This document shows positions 37,139 to 47,345 of a stretch of 64,000 nucleotides of DNA, in pieces (position 1 is the first letter of the stretch; each line of letters begins with the position of its first letter). The DNA lies in contig JAFVOP010000101.1 in assembly GCA_017505745.1 (NCBI GenBank), forward strand, positions 3,680 to 67,679. The letters are read 5' to 3'. Made by a program: the position numbers and the translations under genes. The stretch is from Clostridia bacterium (GTDB lineage Bacteria; Bacillota; Clostridia; Oscillospirales; CAG-272). Below the pieces are notes generated by a model. It did not search any database. It saw only the letters and a list, made by a program, of their open reading frames with translations, and was not told the origin of the DNA.

Positions 37139-39439
37139 TTACTCGCGAATCCCTGCATTCCGCAAGGCCTCGTCCTGAAGGGTGAATAGCTTTTTATAAA
37201 CGCCGTCTTCAATGGCAAGAAGCGCTTTATGACTTCCCCGTTCCACAACCTTTCCGCGCTCGATCACAATCAATTCGTCAGCATCCCGCAAGGTAGAAAG
37301 ACGGTGCGCGATCATAATCGTGGTCTTTCCTTGGATCAGCCTCGAAAGTGCCTCTTGAATCTTGCGCTCGGTACCGGTATCCATTGCGGCAGTGGCTTCG
37401 TCCAAAATCAGAATTTTTGGATTTTTCAGAATGGCACGCGCAATCGAGATGCGCTGCCGCTCTCCGCCGGAAAGGTCCTTGTATCCAAATCCGATACGCG
37501 TATCGTAGGCATCGGGAAGCTTCATGATAAATTCATGCGCTCCCGCACGTTTGGAGGCTTGTACCACCTCTTCAAAGGTCGCATCCGGGCATGCATAACG
37601 AATATTGTCCAAAACGGTTCCCATGAAAAGATAGGTTTCTTGCGAAACGATCGCAATATTTTGATAAATGGAAGATAGCGCCAGATCGCGGATCGGATAT
37701 CCCCCGATGCGGATCTCTCCCTCCTCCACGTCATACATGCGCATCAAAAGATTGGCAAGCGTGCTTTTGCCGGCACCGGTATGTCCCACAATGCCGAGGA
37801 TTTTTCCGTCCGGCACCTCAAAGCTGACATCATTGATAATCTTTTTTCCCTTTTGATAAGAAAAGGAAACGTGATCAAACTCCACAGAGCCCCCCAGCAC
37901 CTCGGGACGCTCTGGATTCTCCTTTTCACTTATCTCGGGTTGCGCATCCATGATCTCAAACATACGCTGCAGCGCGTTGGAGCAATCAGCGGTCCAATCA
38001 AAGAAATCGGTAAAAAATCCAAGCGGATCAAACACCATGTTCATGTAGGAAATAAAGGTGAGAAGCATACCGTAGGTCAATCCGTGGTACCCCGTCATCA
38101 CCATCCATCCTCCAAGTCCCCATGCAACAATGTTACCAAGATACAGCAGGATTCCCGCAACCGGCCATGCATAATTGGTAAACAGAGCCAACTTTTTTTC
38201 ACTTTTGGCTAACCGTTGGTTCCGATCTGAAAAGCGCTCGATCTCCGCGTGCTCCTTGGAAAAGGCCTTCACAACACGGATGCCGGAAAACACGTCGGAA
38301 AGCAAGGAATTGAGCCGTCGGGAATTGGAATACCGCTTTGCATGAAGCATTCGTTCCTTTCGGAAAAAACGTCCGAGCAAAAGCATAAAAAGCGGAACCG
38401 GAATTAATGCAAAAATAGCCAACACGGGCTCAATACAGAGTAAGAGAATAACCAACACGATCACCTGTACCAGATTGACGATCAAATACGGCAGGCCGTC
38501 ACAGAAAAAGTGATAAATGGTATTGGCATCTTCATTGACCTGTGTCATCAGTCCGCCGGTCTGTCTGCCGGTAAAAAAGCCAAGAGATAACCGTTCAATA
38601 GCAGTAAAAATCGTTTTTTTCAGATCGTACACGATCTTTGCGGCCACGTTGGACGTAATGTAAGAATTGAGGATGGTTGCAAGGAGTCGGAGAACACGTG
38701 TGGCAATGATCAATCCCAGCACCGTTAAAATCTGCCCTGCAAATTCCCCGGTTCCGTTGATGACTTCGTCATAGAAAAATCCGCTGGACAGATACGGTGC
38801 TAAAATGCTGAACGCAGTCAGCAAAACCAGCGACAAAACGGTGAGGATCAAATGCCCGCGGTAACGCGAGAAAAACGAGAAAAAGCGCCAAAAAAGCTTC
38901 CCTTTTTCCATACAGCGAGGGCAAACCCGACGGTTCATATCGGGATAGCGCATTCCGCATTTTGGACAACGCTTGGAAGCGGGATCATCCTTCGGGTCGA
39001 TTTCAAGCGCTTCCCCCTTTGCAATCTTTTCCGCGTATTTTGCAAACAAAAAGACGGAAGCTTTGCAGAAGTTGGTAAAAGCGCATAGAAGGATTGGCTC
39101 TTTGGTGTCCCCGTGCTTGGCAATCAAGCGTCCGGAGGACAACAGCTCCTCCACGCGAAATCCGTGAAGCTCGGAAATCGGATACTCCTCCAAGAAAATC
39201 TCCCGAAATTCTTGAGTAAAAGACGGTGTGGTCTGTCTCTTCGAGGCAGATGCACAGGAGGCCACAGTGACACCGGAGAGGACCCATAAGGTGTCCTTTG
39301 AGGCAATCAAATAAACTTGCGCCGGTAAAAGCTCTCGGTCGCGATCACAAAACGCCGATAGAAGAATCTCTTCGTACGAGATCCCCTTTGATGTAAGGTA
39401 TGTAATTACGGAATTCGGGATTGGATCGATCTCAAACAC
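37139..39439 (-). CDS. ABC exporter, fused permease-ATPase, with N-terminal cytoplasmic domain and zinc ribbon
   Basis: Walker A GHTGAGKST, LSGGERQR, ILILDEATAA, and an N-terminal CPKCGMRYPDMNRRVCPRC. The likely start is GTG 39439, 7 nt after AGGAGG (the track start is TTG 39472). Confidence 0.9.
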   Translation of the reverse strand: MFEIDPIPNSVITYLTSKGISYEEILLSAFCDRDRELLPAQVYLIASKDTLWVLSGVTVASCASASKRQTTPSFTQEFREIFLEEYPISELHGFRVEELLSSGRLIAKHGDTKEPILLCAFTNFCKASVFLFAKYAEKIAKGEALEIDPKDDPASKRCPKCGMRYPDMNRRVCPRCMEKGKLFWRFFSFFSRYRGHLILTVLSLVLLTAFSILAPYLSSGFFYDEVINGTGEFAGQILTVLGLIIATRVLRLLATILNSYITSNVAAKIVYDLKKTIFTAIERLSLGFFTGRQTGGLMTQVNEDANTIYHFFCDGLPYLIVNLVQVIVLVILLLCIEPVLAIFALIPVPLFMLLLGRFFRKERMLHAKRYSNSRRLNSLLSDVFSGIRVVKAFSKEHAEIERFSDRNQRLAKSEKKLALFTNYAWPVAGILLYLGNIVAWGLGGWMVMTGYHGLTYGMLLTFISYMNMVFDPLGFFTDFFDWTADCSNALQRMFEIMDAQPEISEKENPERPEVLGGSVEFDHVSFSYQKGKKIINDVSFEVPDGKILGIVGHTGAGKSTLANLLMRMYDVEEGEIRIGGYPIRDLALSSIYQNIAIVSQETYLFMGTVLDNIRYACPDATFEEVVQASKRAGAHEFIMKLPDAYDTRIGFGYKDLSGGERQRISIARAILKNPKILILDEATAAMDTGTERKIQEALSRLIQGKTTIMIAHRLSTLRDADELIVIERGKVVERGSHKALLAIEDGVYKKLFTLQDEALRNAGIRE

Positions 39440-39517
39440 GGGTGATCCTCCTCTCAAGCATTCTGAATACAATGCCGAACCGGCTGTCTATGTACCCTCG
39501 TGAGAGAGGGCTCCAAC

Positions 39518-39724
39518 TTAGCGGTTGGAATTGCGATTTTGATTGTTATTCTGATTGTTGTTTTGATTGTTGTTCTGGTTATTGTTCTGGTTATTGTTCT
39601 GATTGTTGTTTTGATTGTTGTTCTGGTTATTGTTCTGATTGTTATTCTGATTATTGTTTTGGTTATAATTCTGATTGCGAGCTTGATTGTTGTTCTTGTT
39701 TTGATTTTGATTGTTATTTTGCAT
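39518..39724 (-). CDS. 68-aa Asn/Gln repeat micro-protein, (NNNQ)x10 core
   Basis: ATG 39724 sits 9 nt after AAGGAGAG. 60 of 68 residues are N or Q. All inter-repeat DNA differences are synonymous in this frame. The ORF is co-directional with, and 78 nt upstream of, the ABC gene. Confidence 0.6.
   Translation of the reverse strand: MQNNNQNQNKNNNQARNQNYNQNNNQNNNQNNNQNNNQNNNQNNNQNNNQNNNQNNNQNNNQNRNSNR
39521..39715. repeat. imperfect 12-nt tandem repeat (gttctgattgtt-type units on the + strand)
   Basis: The period-12 pattern is visible directly, and all three forward and reverse co-phased frames are open. Variation is restricted to att/gtt and ctg/ttg. Confidence 0.85.
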
Positions 39725-39777
39725 GACGGAATACTCTCCTTTTTGTAATAAGAATTACAAAAGCAGTATGCACAACG

Positions 39778-40113
39778 TCAAATATTTTTATTCGTCCCAT
39801 CGGACTCGTAACGAAAACAAATTTCAGATTTCAGCTCATAGAGTGCCGAATAAAATAGCATGATAGCAACGAAAGACAGTGCCAGAGAGATCAACCACAA
39901 CCAATCCAATTGCAACCGCCACAAGGATTCCACTGCTGCCAGCAAACATGCAACGGTAAAAAACGCAAACGGCAATTGGAAGCGCGTGGCAAATTTTCGA
40001 TGTAAACGCTTGGAGGCCATTTGAGAGAGTGACTCTGCATGAAGATCTCCGTATTCCACTCCGGTGTGTACACAGGCAATTCGATAAAGCGAATAGAGCA
40101 AAAGAGCGATCAA
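39778..40113 (-). CDS. small membrane protein, unknown function (TTG start overlapping upstream stop; uncertain)
   Basis: 111-aa ORF with 2-3 hydrophobic spans. TTGA overlaps the 376-aa gene, and no SD is present. It could be a frameshifted tail of the upstream gene. Confidence 0.4.
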   Translation of the reverse strand: MIALLLYSLYRIACVHTGVEYGDLHAESLSQMASKRLHRKFATRFQLPFAFFTVACLLAAVESLWRLQLDWLWLISLALSFVAIMLFYSALYELKSEICFRYESDGTNKNI

Positions 40114-41240
40114 CAGCGGGTTGCAATTGCCTCCGCCGCTCCAAGGAAACGAATCAAAAGAAACTGATCGTATGCCTTTCCGTTATACAACGATGCCTCG
40201 GGCTCAAAGCGGCGCAGATAGGAAGCATTCAAGAAGAGCTCCAAGCCACTGATTCCGGTTAGCAATGCGCAAGCACCGTAGCAAAGACGGCGAGTAAAAG
40301 CACGCGGTCCAAGCGGTCCAAGCAAAAGAATTGCAAGAAACGCCAACAGGGCAAGCACCGCCCCCGGCAACGCCGAGTAATGATTGATGCGAAGAGTAGC
40401 CGCAAACACGATTGCAAATTGCAACAAATAGAAGGAGCGAGAAAATTTGCGAACGGTCAGCATACCGATCTGCGGAAGAATCTCCTCTTCATATCGGGTT
40501 TCCAGATGTTCGATCCATGCGGTTTCTTTTCGCAAGCATCGTAAAAAGGAAACCAGTCGAACGATCCATACTACTGCCAAAAGCACCGTAGCAAGTGCGC
40601 AAAGCAAGCGTAACACGCCAATGTACGAATAGCGATCTACCGTTTGGGAAGGTGAGGTCAAAACGTCTGAATACCAAAGATCCCCAAACCCGGGGGTTCC
40701 GTTGGCGCCCTGTCCATCCAAGGAAGAAAACCCGGAGAGCTCCGGTAAAAAAGACAGTATGGAAGCAGTAACCAGAAACAGGCGCGTCAGGCTTGCCATT
40801 CGCTGCATCCGATTCTTCCCTTTTTTCAAATCAATGAGTGAGGAGACCGATAGGCGTTCCGCCAGATACTCCAGCCCCGAAAAAAGATTGCGAAATGCGG
40901 GCAACAGAATAAACCATTGCACCAGCATCATAACAAAGGCGCCCATCATCACAAAGGAACGCAACTCATATGTATTCGTGGCTTGGGAGCGAATGACTCC
41001 ATAAGCAAAATACGAAAGAAAAAGCTGTAGCACGCTCAAAACAGAAAGAATACGAAAGCGTCGAACCGCCTCAAATATACGTCCGTTCAGATCGGCCAGG
41101 CGATAAAAGCTCATGCAAAGCAGCCAATATGCCAAACAGTTCGGAAGAACGTCCACAAAGCCTACAACGGGATTGCATAAAATGAGTCCGGAAATGAATA
41201 GAAGACCAAACCCGGTTTTGATTTTTATGCCATTCTTCAT
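40110..41240 (-). CDS. polytopic membrane protein, unknown function
   Basis: 376 aa with about 9 hydrophobic spans and a central loop ..SSLDGQGANGTPGFGDLWYSD... ATGA overlap with the upstream gene. Confidence 0.6.
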   Translation of the reverse strand: MKNGIKIKTGFGLLFISGLILCNPVVGFVDVLPNCLAYWLLCMSFYRLADLNGRIFEAVRRFRILSVLSVLQLFLSYFAYGVIRSQATNTYELRSFVMMGAFVMMLVQWFILLPAFRNLFSGLEYLAERLSVSSLIDLKKGKNRMQRMASLTRLFLVTASILSFLPELSGFSSLDGQGANGTPGFGDLWYSDVLTSPSQTVDRYSYIGVLRLLCALATVLLAVVWIVRLVSFLRCLRKETAWIEHLETRYEEEILPQIGMLTVRKFSRSFYLLQFAIVFAATLRINHYSALPGAVLALLAFLAILLLGPLGPRAFTRRLCYGACALLTGISGLELFLNASYLRRFEPEASLYNGKAYDQFLLIRFLGAAEAIATRC

Positions 41241-41992
41241 TTTGAACCGCCTTTTCTCTTCTTGTTATGGTTGATTTTTTTCTGTTCCCGTTTTTCCTTC
41301 CTGCGCCGCAAGGCATCCTCGGCCTCACGCGTGGTTTTTTGAATCGCTTTTTGGCGATTCTCTTCATAGATCTCGTTCATGCGATTCAAAAAGCCAATAC
41401 GGGAGGGCTTGGTGGGTTGATCCTCATCCCCTGCTCTGCAAATGTTTTTATTGCAAGCCAACAGCAAAAACAGGTTGCAAAACATCCAAATCAGATTGGT
41501 AAATACGATTGGAACGATCAAATAGGATTGGATCGGACTCAATGCAACGATCGGCAGGTTACCAAGCATGTACAGAATTGCATGAAGGCCAACGAAAAAA
41601 GAATTTCGTATTGCAGAGGTTTCCATGTGCAAGATCCCCAAGTCTCGGGAGATCATGCGGATCCCGTACAGCACAGCAAGATTGAAAAACAGGATCAAAA
41701 AGAAGAGAATCCACGAAAAAACGAGCTCCGGTTTCCCGTTCAGAAAACCCAGGTTCCACAAGAATAATTCGTCCAGATCCTTCAAAACATCATAACATCC
41801 AAGAACGATCAAGGCAACTGCGGTCCACTTGGAATAGAAAAAGGCCTCGTGATAGTGATGAAGATTCCAAAGTCCGGCCAGCATCATAGCGCAACCGATC
41901 ACAAATACAATTCCGCCCATTCCCAAATTTGCCGCAAGCATGCGCAATACAAAGCTGATGAGATAGCCCACCAACAAATATCCAAATCCCAT
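41237..41992 (-). CDS. polytopic membrane protein with Lys/Arg/Glu-rich C-terminal tail, unknown function
   Basis: ATG 41992 lies 5 nt after GGAGG, which directly follows the secA stop (TAACGGAGGCAACCATG). It has about 6 TM spans and a tail ..EDALRRRKEKREQKKINHNKKRKGGSK. Confidence 0.6.
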   Translation of the reverse strand: MGFGYLLVGYLISFVLRMLAANLGMGGIVFVIGCAMMLAGLWNLHHYHEAFFYSKWTAVALIVLGCYDVLKDLDELFLWNLGFLNGKPELVFSWILFFLILFFNLAVLYGIRMISRDLGILHMETSAIRNSFFVGLHAILYMLGNLPIVALSPIQSYLIVPIVFTNLIWMFCNLFLLLACNKNICRAGDEDQPTKPSRIGFLNRMNEIYEENRQKAIQKTTREAEDALRRRKEKREQKKINHNKKRKGGSK

Positions 41993-42003
41993 GGTTGCCT
42001 CCG

Positions 42004-44766
<2,763 letters not shown>

Positions 44767-44952
44767 AATTTCATTGTTCCTTTCCCATACGGGATATCCC
44801 ATTTTATCACGGGAGCCTCCCGATTGCAATCACCCGTTAGTTGATACTGCACCAAAACGGAGATTTCAAAGCTTTAATATCTTATTATACTATAAAACTA
44901 TATATAAATATATTGCAAATTGTAAATTTTAATTGATTCTTGCAATTTCCAC

Positions 44953-44981
44953 TTGCGAAAACACACAAAATGTGCTATGAT
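44953..44981 (+). promoter_or_regulatory. sigma-A promoter TTGCGA-17-TATGAT for trmL
   Basis: -35 at 44953-44958 and -10 at 44976-44981, preceded by an AT-rich UP-like tract at 44870-44940. Confidence 0.45.
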
Positions 44982-45016
44982 GTACCCGTAAAAACCACGT
45001 ACCCATTGAGAAAAGG

Positions 45017-45532
45017 ATGAAAGCGATTATGAAATCGATCAACATTGTGCTTCACGAGCCGGAAATTCCGCAAAACACGGGAAATATTGCGCGCACCTGT
45101 GCTGCAACGGGAGCCGCCCTTCATTTGATCCGCCCGCTGGGCTTTGCCATTGATGACCGAAAGCTTAAGCGTGCGGGACTCGATTACTGGCATCATCTCG
45201 ATATCACCTATTATGACGGTCTGGATGACTTTTACGCCAAGCATCCCGAGGCAAAGGTGTACTATTTCACCACCAAGGCCAAGCATGTTTATACGGAAAT
45301 TGCCTACCCCGATCCCGTATTTATCATGTTTGGAAAAGAAACCAAAGGGCTTCCCGAGGATCTCTTACACAAGCATCCGGACACCTGCGTACGTCTGCCT
45401 ATGCGAGACGGTCTACGCTCACTGAATCTCTCCAACACCGTAGCAATTGCCGTTTATGAGATCTTACGCCAAGGAAATTTTGAAGGCTTGAAGGCTGCGG
45501 GCGAATTGACACAATTCTCTTGGGATATCTGA
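45017..45532 (+). CDS. trmL: tRNA (cytidine/uridine-34 2'-O)-methyltransferase TrmL (SPOUT)
   Basis: INIVLHEPEIPQNTGNIARTCAATGAALHLIRPLGF and LNLSNTVAIAVYE. The alternative start is 45029. Confidence 0.85.
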   Translation: MKAIMKSINIVLHEPEIPQNTGNIARTCAATGAALHLIRPLGFAIDDRKLKRAGLDYWHHLDITYYDGLDDFYAKHPEAKVYYFTTKAKHVYTEIAYPDPVFIMFGKETKGLPEDLLHKHPDTCVRLPMRDGLRSLNLSNTVAIAVYEILRQGNFEGLKAAGELTQFSWDI

Positions 45533-45548
45533 GAAAGGGACGAAACCA

Positions 45549-46598
45549 TTGAAGAACGAAAAAATACTGGTTGCGATGAGCGGCGGCATAGACAGCAGCG
45601 TGGCGGCATTTTTGCTCAAAGAACAAGGCTTTGATTGTACGGGAGTGATGATGCACCTGTTCTCTTCCGAAACACCGTCCGATGCCTGTGGATCCAAAGA
45701 TGCCGAAAAGATCGCAGAGCAGATTGGAATTCCCTTTGAAATTTGCGATTATTCCTCGGAATTCGAGCGACACGTCATCGATTATTTTATTCAAACCTAT
45801 ATAAAGGGAGGCACCCCAAACCCCTGTGTGGAATGCAATCGCACCATGAAATTCGGAAAGCTTTACGAGGTAGCGCTCCGATACGGATGTGAGAAAATAG
45901 CCACCGGTCATTATGCCAATATTACACGGGATACAAACGGCCGTTATCTGCTCTCTGCCGCATCGGATGACAGTAAAGATCAGACCTATGTGTTATGGTC
46001 ACTTTCACAGGATCAACTCTCCCGAACGATCTTCCCTCTCGGTGGACTTCGAAAAAGCGAGATCCGTGAAATTGCGCTGGAACAGGGATTTTGCAACGCC
46101 AATCGACGTGACAGTCAGGATATCTGTTTCATTCCCGACGGCGATTACGTCTCTTTTATTGAAACACATACCAACATACCCTTCCCGTGTGGAAATTTTG
46201 TTGATCGAAACGGAAGAATTCTCGGCAAGCATCAAGGATTGATCCGATATACCGTCGGACAACGGAAGGGGTTGGGGATCGCGTTTGGAAAACCGACTTA
46301 CGTATGTGGCAAGGATGCCGTCACCAATACCGTAATTTTGGGAGATAACGAGGATCTCTTTCAGAAAGAGCTTACCGCTCATTCCGTGAATCTGATTGCA
46401 ACCGAACAGATCGATCACCCGATTCACGTACAAGCAAAGATTCGGTATTCAGCGAAAGCAGCTTCCGCGATAGTAGAACAAACCGATACCGACACCCTTC
46501 GTGTTCGCTTTGACGAGCCGCAACGCGCGATCTGTAAAGGGCAATCTCTGGTAATGTATGATGGAAATCTTGTGATCGGCGGCGGCATTATTGATTGA
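45549..46598 (+). CDS. mnmA: tRNA 2-thiouridine(34) synthase MnmA
   Basis: PP-loop VAMSGGIDSSVAA, plus NPCVECN and ATGHYA. TTG start. Confidence 0.9.
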   Translation: MKNEKILVAMSGGIDSSVAAFLLKEQGFDCTGVMMHLFSSETPSDACGSKDAEKIAEQIGIPFEICDYSSEFERHVIDYFIQTYIKGGTPNPCVECNRTMKFGKLYEVALRYGCEKIATGHYANITRDTNGRYLLSAASDDSKDQTYVLWSLSQDQLSRTIFPLGGLRKSEIREIALEQGFCNANRRDSQDICFIPDGDYVSFIETHTNIPFPCGNFVDRNGRILGKHQGLIRYTVGQRKGLGIAFGKPTYVCGKDAVTNTVILGDNEDLFQKELTAHSVNLIATEQIDHPIHVQAKIRYSAKAASAIVEQTDTDTLRVRFDEPQRAICKGQSLVMYDGNLVIGGGIID

Positions 46599-46620
46599 AT
46601 TTCCTTGCAAAAACCGCAAA

Positions 46621-46661
46621 AAGCAGTTGAATCGTCATGCTTTTGACAGATTCAACTGCTT
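46621..46661. terminator. bidirectional hairpin terminator
   Basis: Perfect 13-bp stem aagcagttgaatc / gattcaactgctt, flanked by an A-run and a T-run. Confidence 0.7.
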
Positions 46662-46682
46662 ATTATTTTTGATGTTCGAAAA

Positions 46683-47219
46683 TCAATATTGGAAATCGTT
46701 CGGGATCTTTTTGATATGCGCAAACGTCTCCTGCTCTCCTTTTTCGGCAAGCATTACAAGCCATTCTTCCAAAAGATCTGCCGTTTTGGAATGCATTTTG
46801 ATCCTTGCATTTCCACGGCGGTAATATTCGAGCGGATGCGCATTGGTGTAGTTCTGTCCCTGATAAATTTTACTGGCAGCTACGCGATCACAAAACATCT
46901 CCTTCACGAAACGGATCGGCATAGGAACCGGCTCATAAAGCTTGGTTTTGGGGTTCAAATCATTCCAGTACTCAAAATGATGGCGATTTCTTCCCTTGTG
47001 ATGCAACCACGCCGAGGAATACCCGTAAAGCTCCCGTTCGCGTTCGTTAGGACTGCGCGTTCCTTGATAATACCGCATACCCGGAAAAAACTCCGTAGGT
47101 GAATACTTGGATAAATCATGAAACAGACCTTGAAATCCGATTCCTGCGCGGAAGCAGTGCGCGATGACCCGATGTCGGTGCTTCGTGATCGTACGAAAAT
47201 GTAAAAACGGATGAGACAT
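46683..47219 (-). CDS. DUF5662-like protein with HD-type motif (family from memory)
   Basis: MSHPFLHFRTITKHRHRV..GLFHDLSKYSPTEF..AWLHHKGRNRHHFEYW. ATG 47219 follows AGAGGAAGG. Confidence 0.55.
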   Translation of the reverse strand: MSHPFLHFRTITKHRHRVIAHCFRAGIGFQGLFHDLSKYSPTEFFPGMRYYQGTRSPNERERELYGYSSAWLHHKGRNRHHFEYWNDLNPKTKLYEPVPMPIRFVKEMFCDRVAASKIYQGQNYTNAHPLEYYRRGNARIKMHSKTADLLEEWLVMLAEKGEQETFAHIKKIPNDFQY

Positions 47220-47268
47220 AACCTTCCTCTTTCGAAACCAGAGCTTTTTTGTATCAAAGAACACTGTT

Positions 47269-47297
47269 ATTATAGCACTTCTATGCCCAAATGTCAA
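47269..47297 (-). promoter_or_regulatory. consensus sigma-A promoter TTGACA-17-TGcTATAAT
   Basis: On the + strand, TGTCAA at 47292-47297 and ATTATA at 47269-47274. Confidence 0.6.
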
Positions 47298-47339
47298 GAG
47301 GAGCGAACCAAATGCATTTCCGCATTGGATTCACTCCTC
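47298..47339 (-). terminator. hairpin after spoIVA, stable only as minus-strand RNA
   Basis: 18-nt arms GAGGAGUGAAUCCAAUGC / GCAUUUGGUUCGCUCCUC with 17/18 positions paired, including 2 G-U pairs that become mismatches on the + strand. Confidence 0.6.
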
Positions 47340-47345
47340 AAAAAC

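Noticed and set aside
39521-39715. Possible CRISPR array or satellite, because of the regular short repeats.
   Set aside because: The period is only 12 nt, there are no unique spacers, and no cas genes are present. The array is fully contained in an ORF with a good SD.
39421-39748. Plus-strand ORFs across the 12-nt repeat. One is a Cys/Asp/Ser/Tyr-rich 101-aa frame. The other is an 82-aa frame made almost only of Ile, Leu and Val.
   Set aside because: Neither has an SD, and they use TTG or GTG starts inside or antisense to the ABC gene. Repeat-unit differences are non-synonymous (I/V) or frame-incoherent in these frames but strictly synonymous in the minus N/Q frame. The open frames are a by-product of the repeat.
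44870-44945. AT-rich stretch with repeated TTGCAA, considered as a possible mobile-element end or origin-like element.
   Set aside because: It is short and has no flanking repeats or associated genes. It is most simply the UP-element and promoter region of the divergent secA and trmL genes.
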